DNA of 52,323 bases, taken from an uncultured bacterium (GTDB lineage Bacteria > Planctomycetota > Phycisphaerae > Phycisphaerales > UBA1924). Below the pieces are notes generated by a model. The model saw nothing but the letters and a program-made list of their open reading frames with translations, was not told the origin of the DNA and did no database searches. How positions within the stretch are numbered: position 1 is the stretch's first letter; each line of letters begins with the position of its first letter. Where the stretch lies: contig CAJXXI010000001.1 of assembly GCA_913062615.1 (NCBI GenBank), positions 1-52,323 of the forward strand. Direction: 5' to 3'. Shown here piece by piece: positions 17,598 to 27,109 of this stretch. The position numbers and the translations under genes are program-made.

Positions 17598-20500
17598 TCA
17601 TTGAATAATCATCTTTGTGCGCACAAAGATGGAGACTTCGTTGTAGCCAACGATCACGCCGCCGGCGATTGCGGTCAGCGATGTTGGGTGTCTGCCCAGC
17701 ATGCTCGGGATCGCAACTGAGATGGTGTCGAGGAGTCTTGCGTCGTGTTGATCGAGCAGGTAGAGCTTGGCTTGTGATTGATCGTCGATGGTTTCTGACT
17801 GAGCGATGAACACAACTCGGCGTTGTCCCCAAGCGACATCGATCAAGTCTGATGATTCTTTGAGCGGATCAACCGCGACGAGATTTTGGTGTTCATCGAA
17901 GGCTGTGAATCCACGCGAACTGGCGATAGAAAAGGCGTTGATGGTTGGGTGCAACTGGACCCAGCCTCGCTGGGTGATCCGCTCTCGGAGATCAAGCGGG
18001 CGTGATTCGTGGGTGCCTTCGCCCAGGCTCAGTGCCCAGAGATCAGCGTTGAAATCGAGGACGATGAGCTGATCACCCGCGATCCATGCGGTTTTCGATT
18101 CTTCGAGCGCGTCGTCTTTAAAGACCCAATCGAGCGTGCCTTCTTTGGTGTTGATGGCGACGATGCGTTGGGTGGTGGCGACGAAGAGGTTGCCGTCGTC
18201 TCCGACGCGGACCCATCTTGGGAACTGTCCGATCCGATCAATATGCCCGATGGTCTCGCCGGTGCGGGCGTCGATCGAGGCAGCGATCGATGTGATGAGT
18301 CCTTCTTGTTGTTGGGTGGGTTGGTCGGTGTATTGGATGCCGCAGATTCCGAGCACGCCGGCGTTGAGATCGATGTCGTAGAGCCGATTGGCGGGCAGGT
18401 CGATGTGCCAGAGTTGTTTGCCGGTGAAGAGGTCGATTCCCATAGCGCGTCCGATGCGATCAGAAACGATCAGTGTGTGCCCATCGGTGACGATCAGAAG
18501 CTGGGTGGTCAGGGCGGTACCTTGGACAGGGGTGGCGAACTGTCCTTCATTTCGGGCAAGGTCATCAGCGATGCGTGTGGATTTGTTTGCGATCGTTGTA
18601 CGGATATCTTCGATCGACCACACAACACGCCCGGTGGTTGTTTCGATCGCTTCGAGTGTGCCGGTGTCGTCGATCTCGATATCTTGTGCCCACAAGATCA
18701 CGGTTCGTTTGTGATCTTGCCAAGGGATGATCGGCGTGCCCATAGTCTTTGATTGTCGCGACCAAATCGTTTCGAAGGCACCGCGCCCGGCGCGGACATA
18801 CTCGATGCGTCCGAGTTGGGGTGCGTGGAGGACGATGCCGCCTTGGTCGATGCGGATCGCGGGCTTGATTGGTGAGCCGGTGAGCAGCAAGGGTTGAGCA
18901 TCGCGGATAAAGGCTTCGCCGAGCACAGGCACCTGGGCGGCGAGCTGTGCCTTGATCGCGATTTGATCGTTGGTGATGATCTCGCCAGCGATACGCAGGG
19001 TGAGGTTTGGAAAACTTTGGCTCAATGATGATGCGAGTTTTTGGGCGTCTTTGGCACGGTTGGTTGCGATCATCCCGGTGATGGCTTGCTCGGCGAGCTG
19101 ATCAACTGTTGATTGTTCGGTGTGCACGCCCAGGGCGATGAGTGATTGGGTCGCGTCTAAGCCTTTCTTTGCCGCATTGATCGACGCGGCGGCTTGGTCC
19201 TTGGTGTTCCAGAGCTTGGAAGCTTCGAGCCAGATGGTTGGGGTGCTCGTCGCCCATGGGAATCGTTTGGCGAGTTGTTCGAGCTGGGTTGGATTGATTG
19301 ATTCATCAACGAAGCTGTGCTCGGCGAGGGCGAGTTGGTCGAACTTTCGATACGGTGTGTACCCGGCGGCGTCGAGTATGGACCCAATCCGACGCGAAGC
19401 TTCGAGCCCTCCTCGCACCGCGATGCCCGCGCCCTCCCACATCGATGCGCTCAATGCGGGTTGATCGAGGATGTCTTGATACGCGCCGATCGCGTCGGGC
19501 ATGTTGTTGCGTTGTTCGTTCCACGCGCCCAGAGCCATGCGGTGGGCAACGACTTGCTGGTGCGATTGGGCGAGGGTTTCCAGGTGCGAGAGGAGTGTCC
19601 GTTGGTCGCTCGATGAGAGTGTTGTGTTTGTCGTCTGGTTTGTCGTTTCGCTTGGCGTTTGGGCTGTCGTCTGGTTTGCGTGCGACGGTTCGACCATGTC
19701 GAGCACGACAACAAAGAGCTGATCGTGCAGCACACCTCGTGATGCGAGAGGCTCTTTGGCAACGATCGCCATCGCGCGAACGACCGCGTTGACGGTGTCG
19801 TTTGTTCGATGTGCGCGATAAGCGAGTTCGGCGAGGGTGATCGCAGCTGCGGGATCGTCGGCGATGCGATCTTGGAGCATGGTTGACGCGGTGTCCCATG
19901 CGAGGTAGCTCGAAATATTCATCTCATCAACAACGATAAGCTGGCCGTTGAGTGCGAGGATATTGCCCGAAGCATCAAGATCAATCTTGTGCACAGCCTG
20001 TGGGTGGCTTGCGTCAATCACCTGCACGCCAGATTCGATCGGCACGATGAGTTGATTGTTGATCACAACCACCCGCCCGCGGATGTCGGCGGAGCCGCCG
20101 AGGATTGGTGATCGTGAGGTGGTCGCGGTTGCAAACCGTTCTGCTGAATAGATGGTCACATACAAGCTGCTGACGCACGCGATGGAATCATTGACTGCCA
20201 AGAGGTACAACGATTCGCCAACCGGGTTTGCGGGTTGGGTCGCGATGGTTTGCCCGGTGGTGAGATCGAGTTGGAGAATCTTTGTGCCGTCGGTCGTGAG
20301 GGTGAAGAGCCCGTGTTTGGTGATTGCGGGCGTGTTGTTTGAAAACGATGGGCGTGCAAACCGTGCGTACAAATCTGGCGGGGGCAAGGGCTTGGCCCAG
20401 AGCACTTGGCCGGTCGCCGATTCGATCGCGAACCCGAGCCCGATGTGATCAGTCCAGTAGATGATTCCATTGTGGAGCACGGGCGAGTGGGCGAGCTGTC

Positions 20501-21491
20501 CCATCTGTTGGAATGGGAGTGAGCCCGCGGAGGCGATTTGGCGGACCCAGAGGGTATTACCAGTGGTCGCATCGAGCCCAATGATGGCGAGGGTGATGAG
20601 CCGTTTTTTGCGGTTGTTGGTGCGTGCACCGACAATGACGACCCCTTGATCGACAATGATTTGACCTCGGATCGAAGCGTCGGCGAGCGAGGGATCGACA
20701 TCGCGGATATCGATCGCCCATTGGATGTCGCCGGTAGATGCGTTGATTTTGAGCAGACGGGTATCACCAACGCGTGAGCCATTGCGGGGCAAGCCCGCGG
20801 GTGCATAGAGATCGTTGTTGACGATGGTCAGTGTGGTCGTGTCTTCGATGATGCGTCCGATCCGGGCGCGGGCGTCGTCGGAGATAGGAAGACTCGACGT
20901 GTCAATCGCGGTCTGAAGCCTCCAAACCGGGCGGAGGGTGAACCGATCAAAGCAGGAGATCGTGACGCCGTCGTTGGTGTAGAGCATGTTGTTGGCGACA
21001 ACGGGCATGATCCATGAGGTCGGGTTCCAGTTCGCGCCAGTGAGCCTTGGCTGGTTGATGCCTTGGAGATGTTCTAGTTCGGGCTTGGGTGTGAGTGCTG
21101 CGTTGGCGAGTGCGCCCGGGACGATTCCTGTGAGCGAGATTGGGTCGGTTGATTGATCGGTGTTCCACGAGAGCGAAACAGCTGGCGATGGGCGTGCGTT
21201 GGGTTGCTTTGCGTTGAGGTATTGCTCGGCGAGCGAAACGAGTTTGGTCGTTTGATCGGAAAATGCAGGTGCGTCTGGGTGGGTTTGTAGCTCGTCAAGG
21301 ATCCGTATGCCTGCTCGGAAGTGTGCCGATTCGATCAGGGTTTGGGCGTGGTGGAGTGTGGCGATGAATCCGGGCTTGGTGAGCCAGGCGCTTTGTGTGG
21401 CGTGCTGCCAGTTGTTTTCGTCGAGCCAGACCTGGGCGATTGGGGTGATATGCGTGCGGTAGGCGTTGAGGAGATCAGGGTTGGAAAGCAC
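17598..21491 (-). CDS. Giant secreted PQQ-like beta-propeller repeat protein (BamB-like repeats plus helical/TPR-like segments); the true 5' end probably lies upstream near 21785
   Basis: There are repeated propeller signatures (TGDIQWAIDI, TGNTLWVRQI, TGQVLWAKPL, TGRVVWSIEDI, TGKQLWHIDL, EGTLDWVFKD). The track start is GTG 21491, but the frame stays open to 21827 and encodes a signal peptide (see findings). Confidence 0.7.
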   Translation of the reverse strand: MLSNPDLLNAYRTHITPIAQVWLDENNWQHATQSAWLTKPGFIATLHHAQTLIESAHFRAGIRILDELQTHPDAPAFSDQTTKLVSLAEQYLNAKQPNARPSPAVSLSWNTDQSTDPISLTGIVPGALANAALTPKPELEHLQGINQPRLTGANWNPTSWIMPVVANNMLYTNDGVTISCFDRFTLRPVWRLQTAIDTSSLPISDDARARIGRIIEDTTTLTIVNNDLYAPAGLPRNGSRVGDTRLLKINASTGDIQWAIDIRDVDPSLADASIRGQIIVDQGVVIVGARTNNRKKRLITLAIIGLDATTGNTLWVRQIASAGSLPFQQMGQLAHSPVLHNGIIYWTDHIGLGFAIESATGQVLWAKPLPPPDLYARFARPSFSNNTPAITKHGLFTLTTDGTKILQLDLTTGQTIATQPANPVGESLYLLAVNDSIACVSSLYVTIYSAERFATATTSRSPILGGSADIRGRVVVINNQLIVPIESGVQVIDASHPQAVHKIDLDASGNILALNGQLIVVDEMNISSYLAWDTASTMLQDRIADDPAAAITLAELAYRAHRTNDTVNAVVRAMAIVAKEPLASRGVLHDQLFVVVLDMVEPSHANQTTAQTPSETTNQTTNTTLSSSDQRTLLSHLETLAQSHQQVVAHRMALGAWNEQRNNMPDAIGAYQDILDQPALSASMWEGAGIAVRGGLEASRRIGSILDAAGYTPYRKFDQLALAEHSFVDESINPTQLEQLAKRFPWATSTPTIWLEASKLWNTKDQAAASINAAKKGLDATQSLIALGVHTEQSTVDQLAEQAITGMIATNRAKDAQKLASSLSQSFPNLTLRIAGEIITNDQIAIKAQLAAQVPVLGEAFIRDAQPLLLTGSPIKPAIRIDQGGIVLHAPQLGRIEYVRAGRGAFETIWSRQSKTMGTPIIPWQDHKRTVILWAQDIEIDDTGTLEAIETTTGRVVWSIEDIRTTIANKSTRIADDLARNEGQFATPVQGTALTTQLLIVTDGHTLIVSDRIGRAMGIDLFTGKQLWHIDLPANRLYDIDLNAGVLGICGIQYTDQPTQQQEGLITSIAASIDARTGETIGHIDRIGQFPRWVRVGDDGNLFVATTQRIVAINTKEGTLDWVFKDDALEESKTAWIAGDQLIVLDFNADLWALSLGEGTHESRPLDLRERITQRGWVQLHPTINAFSIASSRGFTAFDEHQNLVAVDPLKESSDLIDVAWGQRRVVFIAQSETIDDQSQAKLYLLDQHDARLLDTISVAIPSMLGRHPTSLTAIAGGVIVGYNEVSIFVRTKMIIQ

Positions 21492-22056
21492 GAACTGGTG
21501 GACACGGGCACGGACGGGGATGTAGATGCCTGGCGTTTTTGATTCGATGAGTCGATCGGCGTGGTTGGTGATGATCTCGTTGACGAGGCGTGAAGCCTCG
21601 TCGAGGTTCTTGAGCGCGATCAGATCAGCGAGCCGATCGATGGAATCTGAAGCGATCGGTGAATCAGCGATATAGATCGGGTTTTCGACAGCTTGGGTGT
21701 TGAGCTGTTGGGCATATACAGGCGAGCCAGACGACAGCCTGAGTAAGAGTGAAAGAGCACAAATAATGGATGATGAACGGGTGATAACTGTCTCCGAGCG
21801 GGTTGATTGATGAGCGCTGGTCTCTGTTCAAACCGGACAGGCGGGGTCGTGGTTGCGGTCCGAAAAGGTGAATCGTCTTTCCTGAATCATACAAACCGAT
21901 CAGCGGGATCACAGAACGGGGTGTTGAGCTGATTCTCAAGGGTATGGTACACGATACGCATTCATGATGGCATCCGTTCTGGATCATCTTGTTCGATTGA
22001 ATAGCTGTGTATGGAGTAAAGGGAAAGATCTGGGTCTACAGGTCTCTCGCTTATTC

Positions 22057-22476
22057 ATGCAACGCCCGTTTCGTGTCGTTGCGCTCTCGCTTGCGATTGC
22101 GGCGATGAGCAGCGTGGATCTGTATCTGACGATTCTGTACATCACCCATACCGGGATGAACGAGGTGAATCCGTTGGCCCGGGCGATGATGGAATATCAA
22201 TCGCCCGCGATTTTGTCTGCCTGGAAAGCGGGCACAGTCGCGCTCTCGATCGGCATCTTGATGCTTATTCGTAAACAACGCAGCGCCGAGCTCGGGGCGT
22301 GGGTTGGGTGTTTGGTGATGGGGTGGCTGATGATCCATTGGGTTGGGTTTATCGAGAGCACTCAATACATCGATATCGAGATGGCCAACGCCCAGAACCG
22401 GGATAACCCGACATGGATCATGATCTCGACTGAAGCACAGGTCGGGGATGGGATAATGACGACTGTGATTGATTAA
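22057..22476 (+). CDS. Small multi-pass membrane protein (DUF5658-like)
   Basis: MQRPFRVVALSLAIAAMSSVDLYLTILYITHTGMNEVNPLARAMM... has four predicted TMs. The D..T...H...E.NPL pattern resembles DUF5658. The start is taken at an internal ATG of the track ORF 21964..22476. Confidence 0.45.
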   Translation: MQRPFRVVALSLAIAAMSSVDLYLTILYITHTGMNEVNPLARAMMEYQSPAILSAWKAGTVALSIGILMLIRKQRSAELGAWVGCLVMGWLMIHWVGFIESTQYIDIEMANAQNRDNPTWIMISTEAQVGDGIMTTVID

Positions 22477-22538
22477 TGCGTGAATCAATCGGCTGTTGAG
22501 CGTGCAGCGATGTCGCCGGCGTGCTACGCTCGTAGGTC

Positions 22539-23033
22539 ATGAATACCTCGATCAACAACCGTGTTTCATCCGTATCCCGATTTGCTCTGTGTGTTTGCGT
22601 GCTTGGCGCAACAGTGTTCCTAGGCGGATGCAACAAGGCGTTAGCGCCGACATTCGCTGCGGTGGGTGTGCGCGAGATCGAACACAACAGCGATCGCTCG
22701 GTGATCGAGTTCTTGGTCGAAGCGACCAATCCCAACAAAGAACCCATCCCGCTCCGCCAAATCACCTACACGGTGATGCTCGATGGGGTTGAAGTGTTCT
22801 CAGGCGTACGGAGCCCGGAGACCACGCTACACACTTATTCGTCGCATGTGTTCGCGTTGCCCGCGGTGTTGCCGATGGGGGCGATCGCAGGGTCAGGCGA
22901 GGTCTCGTATACGCTTCATGGCTTTGCGAAGTACATCCCGCCGGGGCGGTTGTCAGAGGTGCTCTTTGATGCAGAGGTCAAAGTGCCCGAAGCGATAATC
23001 GAGCTCTCGGGCACGATCAACACCGGCGAGTGA
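22539..23033 (+). CDS. LEA type 2 (LEA_2/WHy-like) family lipoprotein
   Basis: It has a lipobox (VFLGGC). The LEA14-like core is VIEFLVEATNPNKEPIPLRQITYTVMLDGVEVFSG ... YTLHGFAKY. Confidence 0.65.
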   Translation: MNTSINNRVSSVSRFALCVCVLGATVFLGGCNKALAPTFAAVGVREIEHNSDRSVIEFLVEATNPNKEPIPLRQITYTVMLDGVEVFSGVRSPETTLHTYSSHVFALPAVLPMGAIAGSGEVSYTLHGFAKYIPPGRLSEVLFDAEVKVPEAIIELSGTINTGE

Positions 23034-23063
23034 TTTCTCGACGCAGACGATCAGTGCCTATCT

Positions 23064-23105
23064 AATAGTGCTTACCAAATAGTGCTTATCCAATAGTGCT
23101 TATCC
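23064..23105. repeat. Perfectly phased 14-nt tandem repeat x3 (AATAGTGCTTAYCM)
   Basis: The copies are AATAGTGCTTACCA (23064-77), AATAGTGCTTATCC (23078-91) and AATAGTGCTTATCC (23092-105). They lie between convergent genes and overlap the NIF3 stop codon (23100-23102). Confidence 0.9.
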
Positions 23106-24257
23106 AATTTTGATCTGGTCTTGATCCACCGTGCTGACCACGACCGCAGCACCAGGCAGGAGCTTGATGAGTTTTTCGCGGAGTCGTTTGAGGTATCCGC
23201 GTTCGGTGTTGGTGTGCCCAGCGAGGAGGACGCTCAATCCGGATTGGCTGGCAGCGAGGATTTCATGATGGGTCATCTCGCCGGTGATGAAGAGTTCGCA
23301 CCCTTCGTCTTTGGCGAGCTGGGCCATCGAACCCCCGGAGCCGGGCACGACACCAATAACCTTAAACTGGCGGCTCTCGTCGTCATCTGCGAGCGCATAG
23401 CGGATGCGTGATCGATCGAGATGCGAGCGGAGCCGATCGGCGAGCTCGGTGATGGTCGCGGTCTGATCGAGAACGAGCCTGCGTCCTGCGCCGATTTTAC
23501 GGATCGGTTCTTGGATCAGCTCAATAATGTCGTAGGCCGGGGTTTCGTAGGGGTGAAACTCTTTGAGGGTTTCGATCACCAACGCGAGCGCGTGCTTTGA
23601 GCAGACCATCTCGATGCGGGTCTCGGCGACGCGTTCGAGCGAGCCGACCTTGCCTACGGTTGGGTTCGCGCCGGGTTGAGGCAAGAATGTTCCTTCGCCT
23701 TGGGTGCTGAACGAGCAGAGCCGATAGTTGCCCATGCCGCCCGCGCCCGCGGTACCCAAGACATTGCGGAGATTATCAACCTGATCAGAAGGCACAAAGG
23801 TGATGACTTTGACTTCGCGGTTTGTGTCGCCTCCGAGCGAGGGGATCATCGCTCGGCAATCGCCTTGGATGGCGCCCGGCTTTGCCTGGCCGGGTTTAGA
23901 GCTGATGCCTTCACAGAGCCAATCGGTGACGCCATCGACCGCAGCGTCGAGGGCGGTGTGAGGCGAATAGATCGCAATACCCGCTTCGATGGCTCCGCGA
24001 ATAATTCGTTGGGTATGGGTCGCGTCAGTGAGCCTATCCAAAGGCGAGAAGATCGGTGGGTGATAGGCGATGATTGCGCCAACCCCGAGCTCGAGGGCTT
24101 CAACGAGAACCCGCTCGGTGAGGTCGATGGTGAGCAGGATCGGCCCGGCGATTGGGCGATCGGGCACGCCGAGGGCAAGCCCGACCTTGTCCCAGTCTTC
24201 AGCATGTTTGAGCGGTGCGATGTGTTCCATCGCGTCCAACAGGTCTTGCACAATCAT
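23100..24257 (-). CDS. Nif3-like dinuclear metal centre protein (YbgI/YqfO family, long form with PII-like insert)
   Basis: It has MIVQDLLDAMEHIAPLKHAEDWDKVGL, AYHPPIF and LLAGHTNTERGYL. GGAGG lies upstream of the ATG at 24257. Confidence 0.85.
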   Translation of the reverse strand: MIVQDLLDAMEHIAPLKHAEDWDKVGLALGVPDRPIAGPILLTIDLTERVLVEALELGVGAIIAYHPPIFSPLDRLTDATHTQRIIRGAIEAGIAIYSPHTALDAAVDGVTDWLCEGISSKPGQAKPGAIQGDCRAMIPSLGGDTNREVKVITFVPSDQVDNLRNVLGTAGAGGMGNYRLCSFSTQGEGTFLPQPGANPTVGKVGSLERVAETRIEMVCSKHALALVIETLKEFHPYETPAYDIIELIQEPIRKIGAGRRLVLDQTATITELADRLRSHLDRSRIRYALADDDESRQFKVIGVVPGSGGSMAQLAKDEGCELFITGEMTHHEILAASQSGLSVLLAGHTNTERGYLKRLREKLIKLLPGAAVVVSTVDQDQIKIG

Positions 24258-24349
24258 GGTCAGCCTCCGTTTGTGAAGAGCAAAGAGCGCTTTCACGGTT
24301 TCATTCTAGGTACACTCTCGCGGGGGATACAGTGCGCTAGAGTTTGGTA

Positions 24350-25267
24350 ATGGATGTACAAAATGCATATGGTGATGTTTTTCGGACCCGGGTTCATGCC
24401 AAGGTGAACTTGGTGTTGGGTGTCGGGCGCGAGGATGAAGCGAATGGGCTTCATCCGATCTGTTCGTGGATGCACGCGATTGATCTGTGTGACGAGATCG
24501 AGATCCGTCAAGTTCCTGAACAACAAGACACTGAGTACATAGTTCGGTGGGCGCGTGGCGATGGTAAAGATGTACCTGTCGAGTGGGCGATTGAGGACGA
24601 TCTCGGTGTTCGTGCGCACAAGGTGGTTGAGGAGCATGTCGGCAGGCGATTGCCTGTTCGTCTTCGTCTCATCAAATCAATCCCCGCCGGCGGCGGGCTC
24701 GGTGGTGGATCAGCGGACGCTGGCGGCGTGCTGATGGGGCTCAATGTATTATTCGATCTTCAACTTGATCACCAAACACTTGTCAAACTCGCGATGAAGC
24801 TGGGATCGGATATCCCGTTCTTTCTTGATCCAGGGCATTTGGATCACCCTGCTCCACGCCCTGCGATTGTTCAAGGGTTTGGCGATCAGATCACTCGGCT
24901 GAGCAGCGATCATGTGGGCACACCGATCACGCTGATCGTGCCCTCCTTTGGGTGCCATACCGGGAAGGTGTACCAAGCGTTTGATGCGATGGTCGATGCC
25001 GGGCACACGCTTGATGCTCATCGGGTTCAAGGAATCGCATCGCAGGGTTTGATAGATGACTCAGATTGGTTCAATGATCTGGCAGTGCCAGCAGCGATGG
25101 TTGCGACAGAGCTGGGCACAGTTCGAGAATCGGTGCAATCGCAAGGTGGTCATCGGGTCCATGTTTCGGGGAGTGGATCGACGCTGTTCGTGGTCGGGGC
25201 AACGGATCCGGGTTTGATCAAGCGTCTGTGCCCGGGGTGTTCGGTGGTGCAGACTCGATTGATTTAA
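24350..25267 (+). CDS. ispE: 4-(cytidine 5'-diphospho)-2-C-methyl-D-erythritol kinase
   Basis: It has AKVNLVLGV and the GHMP kinase ATP loop IPAGGGLGGGSADAGG, then SGSGSTLF. Confidence 0.85.
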   Translation: MDVQNAYGDVFRTRVHAKVNLVLGVGREDEANGLHPICSWMHAIDLCDEIEIRQVPEQQDTEYIVRWARGDGKDVPVEWAIEDDLGVRAHKVVEEHVGRRLPVRLRLIKSIPAGGGLGGGSADAGGVLMGLNVLFDLQLDHQTLVKLAMKLGSDIPFFLDPGHLDHPAPRPAIVQGFGDQITRLSSDHVGTPITLIVPSFGCHTGKVYQAFDAMVDAGHTLDAHRVQGIASQGLIDDSDWFNDLAVPAAMVATELGTVRESVQSQGGHRVHVSGSGSTLFVVGATDPGLIKRLCPGCSVVQTRLI

Positions 25268-25365
25268 GTTTGCTCTGGTGTTGATTTTCTCTACGCCGCG
25301 AAAGGCTTTCTGAACTATAATCTGATGAAGAGACCGCTGTTGACGATTCGATTGGAGATGTACCA

Positions 25366-26400
25366 ATGACACAAGAATCTACCCATGAACACGCCGATGA
25401 AAACACCCACGAACCCTCTAATGGGGTTGTTGTGAAGGATGATCAGGCCAAGCTCGCGCTGGGGATTGATCTCGGCGGGACGAATATCCAGGCCGGGGTG
25501 ATCAACGAGTTTGGCGAGGGGCTCGGACGCGCCAAGATCAAGACTGATGCGGACAGTGGGTTCGATTCGGTGATGGATCGCATCGCTGCAGCTGCGCGCG
25601 ATGCGTGTGAAGATGCCAATGTTCCGATGTCTGCGATTCATACCGCCGGGCTCGGGGTGCCCGGGCCGATTGATCCTGAAAAGGGTGTCGTGATCGAAGC
25701 GGTGAACCTGCGATGGAACGATGCGCCGGTTGTGATGGCGTTGTCGGATCGGCTCGGGGTGCCTGTGTATGCTGACAACGATGTCAATGTCGCGGTCTAT
25801 GGCGAATGGCGAGCGGGGATCGGTGAAGAGACACCCAATATGCTCGGGGTCTGGGTGGGCACAGGTGTTGGTGGCGGGTTGATTATTAACTCCCAGCTTC
25901 ATCGCGGGGCGCACTACTCGGCGGGCGAAATCGGACACATGATCTTGTATCCCGGGGCGCACCTTGGATCACGATCGGTCGAGCACAACTGTTCACGCAC
26001 AGCGATTGCCCATGAGCTTGTCAAGCTGATCCGATCGAATCATCCGTCGATGGTGACGAGCATGACCGATGGGAAGCTGCACAAGATTAAGTCGAAGGTG
26101 TTGGCGATGGCCTATGAGCAGGGCGATGATCTGGTGCGGACGGTGGTCAATGACGCTGCCGATCGGTTGGGGATCGCGATTGCCTCTACGGTGACATTAT
26201 TGAGTTTGGACAAGGTTGTGCTTGGTGGCGGGTTGGTGCATGCGATCGGGAAGCCGATGGTTGATATTGTGCGAGATTCGGTCCGTCGAGAGGTCTTCCC
26301 GGAATCGCTCCGCAATGTGAGCGTCGAAGCGAGCATTCTTGGCGATGATGCCGGGCTCGTTGGCGCGGGGTTGATCGCGTTTGAAGAGCTTTGGAAGTGA
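25366..26400 (+). CDS. ROK family sugar kinase (glucokinase-like)
   Basis: It has LGIDLGGTNIQAGVI and the ROK signature GVWVGTGVGGGLIINSQLHRGAHYSAGEIGH. The usual CxCGxxGC zinc motif is not evident. Confidence 0.8.
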   Translation: MTQESTHEHADENTHEPSNGVVVKDDQAKLALGIDLGGTNIQAGVINEFGEGLGRAKIKTDADSGFDSVMDRIAAAARDACEDANVPMSAIHTAGLGVPGPIDPEKGVVIEAVNLRWNDAPVVMALSDRLGVPVYADNDVNVAVYGEWRAGIGEETPNMLGVWVGTGVGGGLIINSQLHRGAHYSAGEIGHMILYPGAHLGSRSVEHNCSRTAIAHELVKLIRSNHPSMVTSMTDGKLHKIKSKVLAMAYEQGDDLVRTVVNDAADRLGIAIASTVTLLSLDKVVLGGGLVHAIGKPMVDIVRDSVRREVFPESLRNVSVEASILGDDAGLVGAGLIAFEELWK

Positions 26401-26422
26401 GATGGATTGGGTATGAATGAAA

Positions 26423-26461
26423 ACAGGCTGCAACACCGGGGTGCTGCAGCCTGTATATTTT
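26423..26461. terminator. Bidirectional rho-independent terminator between the ROK kinase gene and flgM
   Basis: ACAGGCTGCA (26423-32) pairs with TGCAGCCTGT (26445-54), a 10-bp stem. It is followed by ATATTTT on plus and TTTTCATTC on minus. Confidence 0.8.
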
Positions 26462-26497
26462 AGTATTGATCTGATCTGATTGAGCCAGATGAATCAG

Positions 26498-26800
26498 TTA
26501 GAGCGTAAAGTTGATATCATCGAGGAGTTCGTCAGCAACCGCTGAGAGCTTGTCTTCGGTGAGGTAGGTGCCTGATTGAATTTCAGAGCGGACGCGATTG
26601 ATAAGATCGGTTCGTTCTGTGGGTTCTGATTTGAGTTGGCTCAGGTACTGGGCCATCTGCGAGAACTCGGCGCGGTCTGATGTTCGAGCCCCACCACGGC
26701 CCCGAACGTCTTCTGCTGATCGATGATGAACTGCTACTTCAATAGGAAGCCGTCCTGCTCGATGTGTTGTTTGTGTACTGATTGGAGAAATGTCACTCAT
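26498..26800 (-). CDS. flgM: Anti-sigma-28 factor FlgM
   Basis: The 100-aa product ends with the conserved FlgM C-terminus RTDLINRVRSEIQSGTYLTEDKLSAVADELLDDI. The start is at ATG 26800 (MSDISPIS), inside the longer track ORF. Confidence 0.75.
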   Translation of the reverse strand: MSDISPISTQTTHRAGRLPIEVAVHHRSAEDVRGRGGARTSDRAEFSQMAQYLSQLKSEPTERTDLINRVRSEIQSGTYLTEDKLSAVADELLDDINFTL

Positions 26801-27109
26801 AAAGATCTGCCTTATTCTTGTGTCCAGTCTTGGGTGTCCAAGACTCTGTATTGTGCCCACCACCGGACACCTACTACATGTTGTAGTTGAAACAACTGTT
26901 TCAACCATCCCTTGAGTTGTGTATCGACGGAACATATCGGATCGCTATAAAAACAAATGAATTTCGTTCATGCGAGGTAAATATTGGCCAAATCACCACT
27001 TACAAAGTATAACACATACATGGACCTGGGAATTGATTCCATGAATTTGAGTCTAAAGAAGAAATCAGACCATCACAAGGGGGTTTTTAGTTTGTTCGTA
27101 TATCCAAAC

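Noticed and set aside
21664-21987. A 107-aa minus-strand ORF upstream of the giant propeller gene
   Set aside because: It is in a different frame from the signal-peptide-encoding extension, which is contiguous with the giant ORF. Its product has no features. It is likely spurious.
23087-23108. TTATCCAAT motifs inside the 14-nt tandem repeat as DnaA boxes
   Set aside because: There are two mismatches at the 3' end of the 9-mer, including positions important for DnaA contact. The location is 8 kb from dnaA with no AT-rich unwinding element. Chance resemblance is more likely.
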